A stretch of DNA of 54,006 nucleotides from an uncultured Candidatus Saccharibacteria bacterium (GTDB lineage Bacteria; Patescibacteriota; Doudnabacteria; UBA920): assembly GCA_964524915.1 (NCBI GenBank), contig CAZGEB010000003.1, positions 3,263 to 57,268 of the forward strand, written 5' to 3'. Position numbers and translations under genes: made by a program. Shown here in pieces: positions 34,470-41,903 of this stretch. The notes beneath the pieces are model-generated. The model was not told where the DNA came from, searched no databases, and was given only the letters and a program-made list of their open reading frames with translations. Every line of letters begins with the position of its first letter. Within the stretch, counting starts at the first letter, position 1.

Positions 34470-36086
34470 TTACTGTAATTTTTTACGCAAGACTTCATTT
34501 ACTAGACTGGGATTGCCCTGGCCTTTCAATTCTTTCATACACTGCCCCACCAAAAAACCAAAAGATTTTTCTTGTCCAGCTTTAAAGTCCTGCACAGCCT
34601 TTTCATTTTCCGATAAAACTTTGTCTATAGCGGCTTCAATTACAGTAGCATCACTCACCTGAGACAGCCCAAGATCTTTGACTATTTCACTTGGATCGCC
34701 ACCCTTTTCAAACATCACTTTGAAAATTTGCTTTGCGGCCGCAGAAGACACTTCTCCCCGGCTTATCATCAAAATCAATTCCGCTAAATTTTCTGGCGTT
34801 ACAAAAGTTTCATCTGGATTTTTTCCTGCAATTTTCAATGCTGCAGAAAAATCCTGCAAACACCAGTTGGCGGCAAGTTTGATCAGCTTGACCAGATTTG
34901 AATCAATGCTGGATTCCGGTCTTCCCGCGCTCGAGGACTCGCTTGTGGAAACCGGAATGACGGGAGAGGGTGACAGATCAGACAGCCATGCGACTATTTC
35001 ACTCACAACATTTTCAAAATAAAAAGTTAATTCTTTCCAATTCAAAAGATTTTCAATGTCTGCAGCGGGAAGTGCGTATTCACCAGCAAACCTCAGTCTT
35101 TTTGCAGACGGCAATTCAGGCAATTCTGCACGCAATTTTTCTAAATACTCTTTGGTAAAATGCAGTGGTGGTAAATCTGGATCTGGTAAATATCTATAGT
35201 CATTTGCTTCTTCTTTGCTTCTCTGCTCTACAGTTTTATTTAGCTTCTCGTTCCACCCCATGGTAACTTGCTTAGGGGTCACGCCCTGAAGTCGCAATTC
35301 ACTTTGCCTTACTATTTCGTAATTAATCGCTTGCTCTACAAATTTAAAAGAATTAATATTTTTCACTTCCACTTTATAAGGCGGCAAACCCTCTTCACCA
35401 GGAAGCCTCACAGAAATACTTGGCTCGCACCTCATACTCCCCTTTTCCATATCTGCATCGCTGGCCCCCACATAGCGAGCAATGCGCTGTAATTCTTCCA
35501 AATATTTTCTAGCTTCTTCAGCTGACTCTATAACTGGATGAGTAACTATTTCCAAAAGTGGTGTACCGGCACGATTATAATCAACCAAAGAATAAGGCAA
35601 GCCATCTGGGTGCATATTTTTGCCCGCATCCTCTTCTAAATGCGCGCGTTGAATCAGCACCCGCTTTGCATGTACATTTTTCCTCTCTCCTTGTGAGGAG
35701 AGAGCGCCGCCGCCTTGGGCGGGAGAGAGGTTGTCTGAAACTTGTATTTCTATCCACCCCTCTTGGGCGATCGGCTGATCCAACTGAGAAATCTGATAAC
35801 CTTTTGGTAAATCAGGATAAAAATAATGCTTACGATCAAATTTACTCCACTCGTCTATTCTGCAATTCAAAGCCAAACCCATCATAGCAGCCAACCTCAC
35901 GGCTTCTTCATTAATCACAGGCAACGTCCCTGGATGCGCCAAAACCACTTCATCAATATTGGTATTTGGATCTTTTACGCTTTGATCATTTGGGGCAGAA
36001 GAGAACATCTTCGACTTGGTACGAAGTTGAATATGCACCTCAAGCCCAATCACTGGTTTTAATAATTGTATATTATTGTCTATCAT
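34470..36086 (-). CDS. gatB: Asp/Glu-tRNA amidotransferase subunit B
   Basis: IGLEVHIQL, RAHLEEDAGK, VEVKNINSF, EANDYRYLPDPDLPP and a C-terminal YqeY-like domain. It carries two in-frame repeat elements. Confidence 0.95.
   Translation of the reverse strand: MIDNNIQLLKPVIGLEVHIQLRTKSKMFSSAPNDQSVKDPNTNIDEVVLAHPGTLPVINEEAVRLAAMMGLALNCRIDEWSKFDRKHYFYPDLPKGYQISQLDQPIAQEGWIEIQVSDNLSPAQGGGALSSQGERKNVHAKRVLIQRAHLEEDAGKNMHPDGLPYSLVDYNRAGTPLLEIVTHPVIESAEEARKYLEELQRIARYVGASDADMEKGSMRCEPSISVRLPGEEGLPPYKVEVKNINSFKFVEQAINYEIVRQSELRLQGVTPKQVTMGWNEKLNKTVEQRSKEEANDYRYLPDPDLPPLHFTKEYLEKLRAELPELPSAKRLRFAGEYALPAADIENLLNWKELTFYFENVVSEIVAWLSDLSPSPVIPVSTSESSSAGRPESSIDSNLVKLIKLAANWCLQDFSAALKIAGKNPDETFVTPENLAELILMISRGEVSSAAAKQIFKVMFEKGGDPSEIVKDLGLSQVSDATVIEAAIDKVLSENEKAVQDFKAGQEKSFGFLVGQCMKELKGQGNPSLVNEVLRKKLQ
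34911..34962. mobile_element. Family-A hairpin module, in frame in gatB
   Basis: GGATTCCGGTCTTCCCGCGCTCGAGGACTCGCTTGTGGAAACCGGAATGACGG. It has the same architecture as 5936-5993 and is translated on the minus strand as PVIPVSTSESSSAGRPESS. Confidence 0.8.
35682..35733 (+). repeat. Family-B element variant with an extra CCGCC hairpin, in frame (antisense) in gatB
   Basis: CTCTCTCC-TTGTGA-GGAGAGAG-CGCCGCCGCCTTGGGCGGGAGAGAGGTTG. It is read on the minus strand as NLSPAQGGGALSSQGER. Confidence 0.7.
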
Positions 36087-36268
36087 AAATAAAAAATCAA
36101 AAACTATAATTCAAAACTGCAACTAAAAACTTATAACTTGGATTTGAGCTTCTTAACCCCAGAAGCCAACATATTTGCCAACTCTACAGCCAGCCCAAAT
36201 TTATAAGCCCTCAGCTTTAAATTAGTTTTCAGTTCTTCGTTGAAGTTTTGCATTATGACTTATAACTT

Positions 36269-37744
36269 TCAACTTAACTTTGGAAAATTCTTATGCCAAT
36301 CTGTTGCTTCTTGGAAGGCCATGCCTACATCAAACAAAACTTGCTCGCCCCACTGCGGACCAATCAATTGCAATCCTACTGGTAGATCCACGTCTCCACC
36401 ATCCACAGGCCTACCAAAACCGCAAGGCAAAGACAAAGCAGGGAGCCCCGCCAAAGAAGATGGGATATTGAGCTGATCTGCAATATAACCAAAAAGAGGA
36501 TCATCAGCTGCACCTTCTATTTTCACCGCCACATTTGGACTACTTGGAGCTGCCAAAACATCTACTTTTTTAAATACTTCTGCAAATTCATCTATAATGA
36601 GTCGCCGCACTTTCTGCGCCCGTTTGTAATAAGCATCGTAATAACCAGAAGACAATACATAAGTACCAGTCAAAATTCTTCTCTTTGCCTCATCGCCAAA
36701 ACCCTCGTCGCGAGTTTTTTCGTACACATCCAAAAGACTATTCGCCTCACTAGACACATGACCATAACGAATACCATCAAAGCGAGACAAATTTGAAGCT
36801 ATCTCAGCCGGGGCTACAATAGCATAAACCAAAGATCCGTATTTTGTATTTGGTAAATCCACCTCCACAAGCTCGGCCCCCAATTTTTCTAATTCTCTGA
36901 TACCATCCATAACCCTTTCTCTTACATCCCCCTCCATACCATCTACAAAGTACTGTTTGGGAACCCCAACCTTAAGCCCCTGCAAGCTTGTAGCTTGTAG
37001 CTTGTAGCTTGTAGCCTTATCTCCAGTCGTGGAGTCTTTCGGGTCTCTTCCAGACATAACATTTGCCAAAACTATCAAGTCTTTTACAGAGTAAGCATGA
37101 GCTCCAGGACTATCCAAAGAAGATCCCATAGCAATCACTCCATATCTAGAAACTCTTCCATAGGTAGGCTTCCAACCACTTACTCCGCAAAGCGAAGAAG
37201 GCTGACGAATACTTCCGCCAGTTTCCGTACCCAAAGTCCAAGGAGCCAAGCCCGCCGCCAAAGAAGCCGCGCTTCCACCACTAGATCCACCAGGAATTCG
37301 AGATTTATCCCATGGATTTTTACTGGGACCAAAAGCAGAAGTAGCAGTAGAAGATCCGTGAGCAAACTGGTCCAAATTAGTTTTACCCAAAAGTACACCT
37401 TTTTGTTCTTTGATTTTTGCAATCACAGTAGCATCAAAAGGCGGTGTATAATTTTCCAAAATTTTGGAGGCGGCTGTGGTTTTCACTCCACGAGTGACAA
37501 ATAAATCCTTTGCTGCATACGGAATTCCACAAAGCAGTGGATTTTCTCCAGACAATTTCATAAACTCATCTGCTTGTCTTGCCTCTTCTAGAGCTTCATT
37601 TTCACAAACTGTAATAAAAGAATTTAATTCCCCATCGAGCTTTTGAATACGCGCCAAAAAATACTTCGTCATTTCCACTGACGAAATTTCTTTATCGTCC
37701 AACAACTTTCTTAATTCAGAAATTCCTAAATACTCTAATTGCAT
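36269..37744 (-). CDS. gatA: Asp/Glu-tRNA amidotransferase subunit A
   Basis: Amidase signature GGSSGGSAASLAAG and GTETGGSIRQPSSLCGV. It carries an in-frame heptamer array (KATSYKLQATS). Confidence 0.95.
   Translation of the reverse strand: MQLEYLGISELRKLLDDKEISSVEMTKYFLARIQKLDGELNSFITVCENEALEEARQADEFMKLSGENPLLCGIPYAAKDLFVTRGVKTTAASKILENYTPPFDATVIAKIKEQKGVLLGKTNLDQFAHGSSTATSAFGPSKNPWDKSRIPGGSSGGSAASLAAGLAPWTLGTETGGSIRQPSSLCGVSGWKPTYGRVSRYGVIAMGSSLDSPGAHAYSVKDLIVLANVMSGRDPKDSTTGDKATSYKLQATSLQGLKVGVPKQYFVDGMEGDVRERVMDGIRELEKLGAELVEVDLPNTKYGSLVYAIVAPAEIASNLSRFDGIRYGHVSSEANSLLDVYEKTRDEGFGDEAKRRILTGTYVLSSGYYDAYYKRAQKVRRLIIDEFAEVFKKVDVLAAPSSPNVAVKIEGAADDPLFGYIADQLNIPSSLAGLPALSLPCGFGRPVDGGDVDLPVGLQLIGPQWGEQVLFDVGMAFQEATDWHKNFPKLS
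36985..37012 (-). repeat. Heptamer array (AGCTTGT)x4, the reverse complement of the AGCTACA arrays, in frame in gatA
   Basis: Four perfect copies, read on the minus strand as KATSYKLQATS. This is the same peptide as in GT-C gene 2. Confidence 0.9.
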
Positions 37745-37836
37745 AAAAAAATAATTTCAAATAATAAACTCCAAACCAAACTCAAAATTTAAACTGACCA
37801 TCATTGATTTAAAATTTGAAATTTATAATTTGTCAT

Positions 37837-38118
37837 TTACAATATCGCTTTTACTTTCAAATATCCATCTTTCACAGCTGGCGCCTGTGCCAAAATCTCT
37901 TCACGGGAGCTAGTCAGCACAGCTTCGTCGCGCCTCTGCACATTCACCAAGCCCGTCACCTGGGAGACTTCTTCTACCCCATCTATATCTACCTGCATTA
38001 AAGCGTCTATATAATCAAAAATCGCGGACAAATCCTTTTGGAATTTTTCCACTTCTTCATCAGTTAATTTAATGCGAGCCAAAGTCGCCAATTTTTTCAC
38101 ATCATCTTTTGTCAGCAT
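37837..38118 (-). CDS. gatC: Asp/Glu-tRNA amidotransferase subunit C
   Basis: 93 aa with LARIKLTDEEVEKFQKDLSAIFDYIDAL, lying upstream of gatA. Confidence 0.9.
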   Translation of the reverse strand: MLTKDDVKKLATLARIKLTDEEVEKFQKDLSAIFDYIDALMQVDIDGVEEVSQVTGLVNVQRRDEAVLTSSREEILAQAPAVKDGYLKVKAIL

Positions 38119-38130
38119 GAATAAAATAAA

Positions 38131-38373
38131 TTAAGTTGTTAGATGAAATTCTGTATCAATATCAACCTCATACAAAGATCGAACACTAAAATCCGGATTC
38201 TTTATAATCGTGGCAATACTTTCATTAGAAACAAATGATGTATCTTCTTCTCCAACTCCAACATAAACAACTGCACCCTCCGCGCTATTAGATTTAATCG
38301 GTAAAAAACCAAGACCTGAAATAACTGCTAAGTTAGGACAAAACTCATGTGGTTTTGAATGAAAATTAGTCAT
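38131..38373 (-). CDS. Small hypothetical protein (80 aa)
   Basis: ATG start. Its stop lies 12 nt upstream of the gatC start on the same strand. No motif recognised. Confidence 0.4.
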   Translation of the reverse strand: MTNFHSKPHEFCPNLAVISGLGFLPIKSNSAEGAVVYVGVGEEDTSFVSNESIATIIKNPDFSVRSLYEVDIDTEFHLTT

Positions 38374-38464
38374 AACATGAAATACTGATTTGTTAATTCT
38401 GACAAATACAACTTTTTACATTATACCAAAATCCTTAATATTTACCAGCCCAAAAACCCAACAA

Positions 38465-39208
38465 TTAATTACTCAAAAGTCTTTGATTCATCCTCAAAAT
38501 CCAATCCAAAAGGCCGCTTTTTTGTGGCAAATCCCCCACAAATCCACCCAAACCAAACACCAAACTCACCCCCAAAAAGAAAAATATCAGGCCAGATAAT
38601 ATTTGAGAAACAGTCCAACTAAACTGCCTAGAAAACACGGTCATCTCCACTCTATATACAAAAAACCTGGTGATGACAAATCCAAATCTTTGTATCAAAA
38701 TAGCCAAAACTATTAGCGGCACCCACATCCCTAAAAAGAAAAACACAGCCAGCCAAAAAGCCCCACCCATGCCGGCAGTAGACGCCACCGCCAAAACTCC
38801 ACCAAAAATCGGCGCACTACAAGCAGTAGAAGTCAATCCCATCACTAAGCCCAAAACCAAAGGCGACCAAAGACTTTGTATTTTTGGCCTATGAGAAAAT
38901 CTAAAAAACTGAAAACTTCCTCCGAATAATATCCAGACAGCATTCAAAATCAAAAAAAGCCCCGCCCCACGAAAAAGCCATACTCTATGGAATATCAAAA
39001 AATCTCCAAGTGCGGCTACACCCAAAACAAAAGGCAAAAAAACCAAAGCAAAGCCCAAAGAAAAAAGTGCGGTAGAAAAAACCAATTTGCTCGGGTTTTT
39101 AAAACTCAAGGCAAAAAAAGTGGGCACCAAAGCTGGCCCACAAGCTGGCAGCAAAGACAGAGCTCCGCCCAAAAAAGCTACCCACAAAGATATATGCAAA
39201 AGATACAT
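38465..39208 (-). CDS. ccdA: CcdA/DsbD-family thiol-disulfide transporter
   Basis: Six TM helices with Cys in LSLLPACGPALVP and LTSTACSAPIFGG, paired with the adjacent thioredoxin-fold gene. Confidence 0.7.
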   Translation of the reverse strand: MYLLHISLWVAFLGGALSLLPACGPALVPTFFALSFKNPSKLVFSTALFSLGFALVFLPFVLGVAALGDFLIFHRVWLFRGAGLFLILNAVWILFGGSFQFFRFSHRPKIQSLWSPLVLGLVMGLTSTACSAPIFGGVLAVASTAGMGGAFWLAVFFFLGMWVPLIVLAILIQRFGFVITRFFVYRVEMTVFSRQFSWTVSQILSGLIFFFLGVSLVFGLGGFVGDLPQKSGLLDWILRMNQRLLSN

Positions 39209-39221
39209 GAGTACGAATGCG

Positions 39222-39256
39222 GAATAGAATAAAGAAGTAAGAATAGAGAATAGAGA
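39222..39256 (+). repeat. Degenerate heptamer array (AATAGAG-like)x5, 13 nt upstream of the ccdA start
   Basis: GAATAGA ATAAAGA AGTAAGA ATAGAGA ATAGAGA. Confidence 0.7.
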
Positions 39257-39284
39257 ATGGGGGGAAAAAACGGGATTACTAAAA

Positions 39285-40136
39285 TTATTCCTTCAAGGCT
39301 TGTTCAATAGTATCTTTAAATGTTTCAAAGCTCTGAGCTCCCACCAGACGATACCCATTTACAAAGACGGTTGGGGTACCACTTACACCAAAATCTCGGC
39401 CAGCACCCCATTCGTTATCTACTAACTGTCTGTATTTTGCAGAATCAAAACAAGCATTGAATTCTTTTGTATCTAGACCAGCTTTGAGCGCAAGTTTGCG
39501 TAAATTTTTATCTGAAAAAGTTCCCTTGTTTTCACCTTTTTGATTATTAAACAAAATGTCGTGAAATTCCCAAAACTTTCCTTGATCTTTGGCACAAAAA
39601 CTCGCTTCAGAAGCTCTTTTTGATTCTTCGCCCAAAAAAGGAAAGCTTTGATACACAAAACTAGCTTTTCCAGTGTCTACATACTCGGTTTTAATTTTTT
39701 GAAAAGCATCAGTGAAAAACTTATGGCAATACGGACACTGAAAATCGCTGTATTCCACTATCTCCACTTTGGCGTCTTTATTGCCTAGTCTTGGAGAATC
39801 TTCAGCGACTTTGACTTCCACTCTAGCAGGAGCAGTTTCTCCAGCCACCAAGCCCCGTTGGTTTTTTTGCAACCAAGTCATTTTGGCACTGTTTTCAGAA
39901 CGAATTTCAGAAATTTGAATATCCATCTTTGCTCTTTCAAAGAAAAGCAAGGCTATGGAAAGGCCCGCCACAACCAAAGCCGCTATAGCAATCCAAAATG
40001 TCACATTGTGGTTCCTATGAACGCTCAATTTCGCATCCATGGCATCTGCAGACGCTACCATATCTTGCAAAACTTTTCCGTCACCAGATTCCAATAAACT
40101 CTTTTCTGTATCCTTAAAAAGCCTAATTTTTATCAT
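39285..40136 (-). CDS. Membrane-anchored DsbA-like thioredoxin-fold oxidoreductase
   Basis: TM anchor, active site FQCPYCHKF and C-terminal GTPTVFVNG. The track start at 40193 is TTG and would include a terminator-like hairpin, so ATG 40136 (MIKIRLF) is used. Confidence 0.8.
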   Translation of the reverse strand: MIKIRLFKDTEKSLLESGDGKVLQDMVASADAMDAKLSVHRNHNVTFWIAIAALVVAGLSIALLFFERAKMDIQISEIRSENSAKMTWLQKNQRGLVAGETAPARVEVKVAEDSPRLGNKDAKVEIVEYSDFQCPYCHKFFTDAFQKIKTEYVDTGKASFVYQSFPFLGEESKRASEASFCAKDQGKFWEFHDILFNNQKGENKGTFSDKNLRKLALKAGLDTKEFNACFDSAKYRQLVDNEWGAGRDFGVSGTPTVFVNGYRLVGAQSFETFKDTIEQALKE

Positions 40137-40219
40137 AAAATAATTATAACATACAAAAAAGACTCTCTTGTAGGCACTATTTACAGCACCCAAAAAGAGT
40201 CTTTTAATAAAATATAATT

Positions 40220-40948
40220 TTATCGCTTTGGATCTTCTAGTCCAGGAAGCGACACACCATAAAAACCAAGGAAAGATTGCACCACGCCCAAATCAACACT
40301 TGTATCAGCCCCGCCACTGCCCAATCCATCGGGAGTTTGAACGTCTGGCAACTTCGGGCTAATCAGTCCGGCCGTTAATGTACTTTTGACCATACTCACG
40401 AGATCACTAAATCTTATAGTATGATTGGTAGCGCCAATATTTCTAACAAGAACATCCATGTCTTGCCCGGCAGCTATTTGGATTTCTGCTGCTAGAATAT
40501 AACGCCGACAAAAATCTAACAGCCTTAAATTACTCGTTGAATCTTCCTTACCCGCTCTAAAAGCAAGTAAAACAGATCTTTGCCAATCAGGACTGCTTCC
40601 TAAAATATTCTGATTCGTTCCAAAAACAGCAACCCCTCTATTTATAGGCAAAACTAATTCCCCTCTAGAAATCATATTTTCTATCTTACCTATAGAAAGC
40701 ACCTCACCCAAAGCCACCACTGTTTCTTGACGCTCAACCGCTCCCATACGTGACGCATCTCTTGCAGGCCTCACTGGAGCAACTGGATCTTGAACAGTTT
40801 TAAGGCTAACCAATTCAACCGCCTTATCAGGTGAAGAACTACCATATATTCGCTGGATGTCTTGCGCATTCCCAATATTCTCACCACCAAAAAACAAAGC
40901 TCCAGCTAATACAAAATTTCTAACCACTCTACTTCCAGATCTAGACAT
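40220..40948 (-). CDS. Hypothetical secreted protein
   Basis: Signal-like N-terminus (VRNFVLAGALFFGGENIGNAQD) and its own consensus promoter at 41056-41084. The track start at 40957 is TTG, so ATG 40948 is used. Confidence 0.6.
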   Translation of the reverse strand: MSRSGSRVVRNFVLAGALFFGGENIGNAQDIQRIYGSSSPDKAVELVSLKTVQDPVAPVRPARDASRMGAVERQETVVALGEVLSIGKIENMISRGELVLPINRGVAVFGTNQNILGSSPDWQRSVLLAFRAGKEDSTSNLRLLDFCRRYILAAEIQIAAGQDMDVLVRNIGATNHTIRFSDLVSMVKSTLTAGLISPKLPDVQTPDGLGSGGADTSVDLGVVQSFLGFYGVSLPGLEDPKR

Positions 40949-41047
40949 AAAAAACAAAATTCTAATTATTTAAATCTCTACAGGTAGTTTGAAATGTACT
41001 TTCGTCTTTCCAGCCACCAAATTTACAACAAATAATTTGTAAATAAA

Positions 41048-41076
41048 TTGACCTAATTATAGCATAAAAATAGAAT
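41048..41076 (+). promoter_or_regulatory. Overlapping plus-strand promoter-like site with no downstream plus-strand ORF
   Basis: TTGACC (41048-41053), N17, TAGAAT (41071-41076). Confidence 0.35.
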
Positions 41077-41084
41077 AAAGTCAA
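41056..41084 (-). promoter_or_regulatory. Consensus promoter for the secreted-protein gene 40220..40948
   Basis: The minus strand reads TTGACT-N17-TATAAT (-35 at 41079-41084, -10 at 41056-41061). Confidence 0.7.
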
Positions 41085-41236
41085 TACCTCTGCTTGCCCA
41101 TTATCTATTGGGGATTATCATAATTTTGAGGGTATAAACATACGTATAAATATATGCAAGTTAAACCCAAAAAAGCTTGCTTGATACTAGATTTCCTAGA
41201 AAAAACCAAACGTCAATAATATTTTTAAATATTTAC

Positions 41237-41274
41237 TTTTTAATATTATTTTTTTAAAAAAATAATATTAAAAA
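41237..41274. repeat. 38-nt perfect A/T-only palindrome
   Basis: TTTTTAATATTATTTTTTT|AAAAAAATAATATTAAAAA, immediately next to the terminator at 41277-41298. Confidence 0.9.
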
Positions 41275-41310
41275 AATCCCCTCGCATACGCGAGAGGATT
41301 TTTATTTTAC
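41271..41310. terminator. Bidirectional terminator after gene 41307..41852
   Basis: AAAAAA-TCCCCTCGC-ATAC-GCGAGAGGA-TTTTTATTTT, with one mismatch in the stem. Confidence 0.7.
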
Positions 41311-41852
41311 TGCAAGCTTTCGTATTGACTTGGTAGCGCGGCTTCAGCCAGCACTGTACCAGGTTTTTCTTGACTATTGGATCTCTTGGTGACTATAAAC
41401 TTGGTCGCATCAAACCAAGAAACTTGCCCTGCCCCACCCCACAAATACTTGGCATTTGGACTGGTAAATGTCTGCAAAGTTCCAGCATAAACAGGATCAC
41501 CAGTTTTGAGCACCACGTACACTTCATACTGAGTACCAGCTGGCAAAGCAGGCGCTGAAGTTAATCTCACTGCAGCCGAAGTCAATTTGTCTTTCAAGGT
41601 TATGCTGCCATCCCCTGCAATTGTACTGTCACCCACGGCTTTCAAAGTAAATCTTTTTATGCCTTTTTTTTCATTTGTAGTAACTTCACCATCTTTTTTA
41701 TCCTTGCCGTCTGGCACGCCTATTACGCCTTGCATGTCGTCTTTGCCGCCAGCCCCACCAGGATTTTCTGGCGACTTCATTGCCCAGATTATCCCCACAA
41801 CACCTGCAACTATCAAAACTAATAAAATACCAATTATATATTTTTTATTCAT
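41307..41852 (-). CDS. Membrane-anchored protein resembling the anti-sigma-K RskA C-terminal domain
   Basis: N-terminal TM (IIGILLVLIVAGVVGIIW). C-terminal LPAGTQYEVYVVL..GDPVYAG..FIVTKRSNSQEKPGTVL is reminiscent of RskA_C. Last gene after the giant ORF, followed by a terminator. Confidence 0.45.
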   Translation of the reverse strand: MNKKYIIGILLVLIVAGVVGIIWAMKSPENPGGAGGKDDMQGVIGVPDGKDKKDGEVTTNEKKGIKRFTLKAVGDSTIAGDGSITLKDKLTSAAVRLTSAPALPAGTQYEVYVVLKTGDPVYAGTLQTFTSPNAKYLWGGAGQVSWFDATKFIVTKRSNSQEKPGTVLAEAALPSQYESLQ

Positions 41853-41903
41853 AATGCTTTATATTTTTCAAAACTTAAATTGTTTTTTTAATTATATCAT
41901 GCT

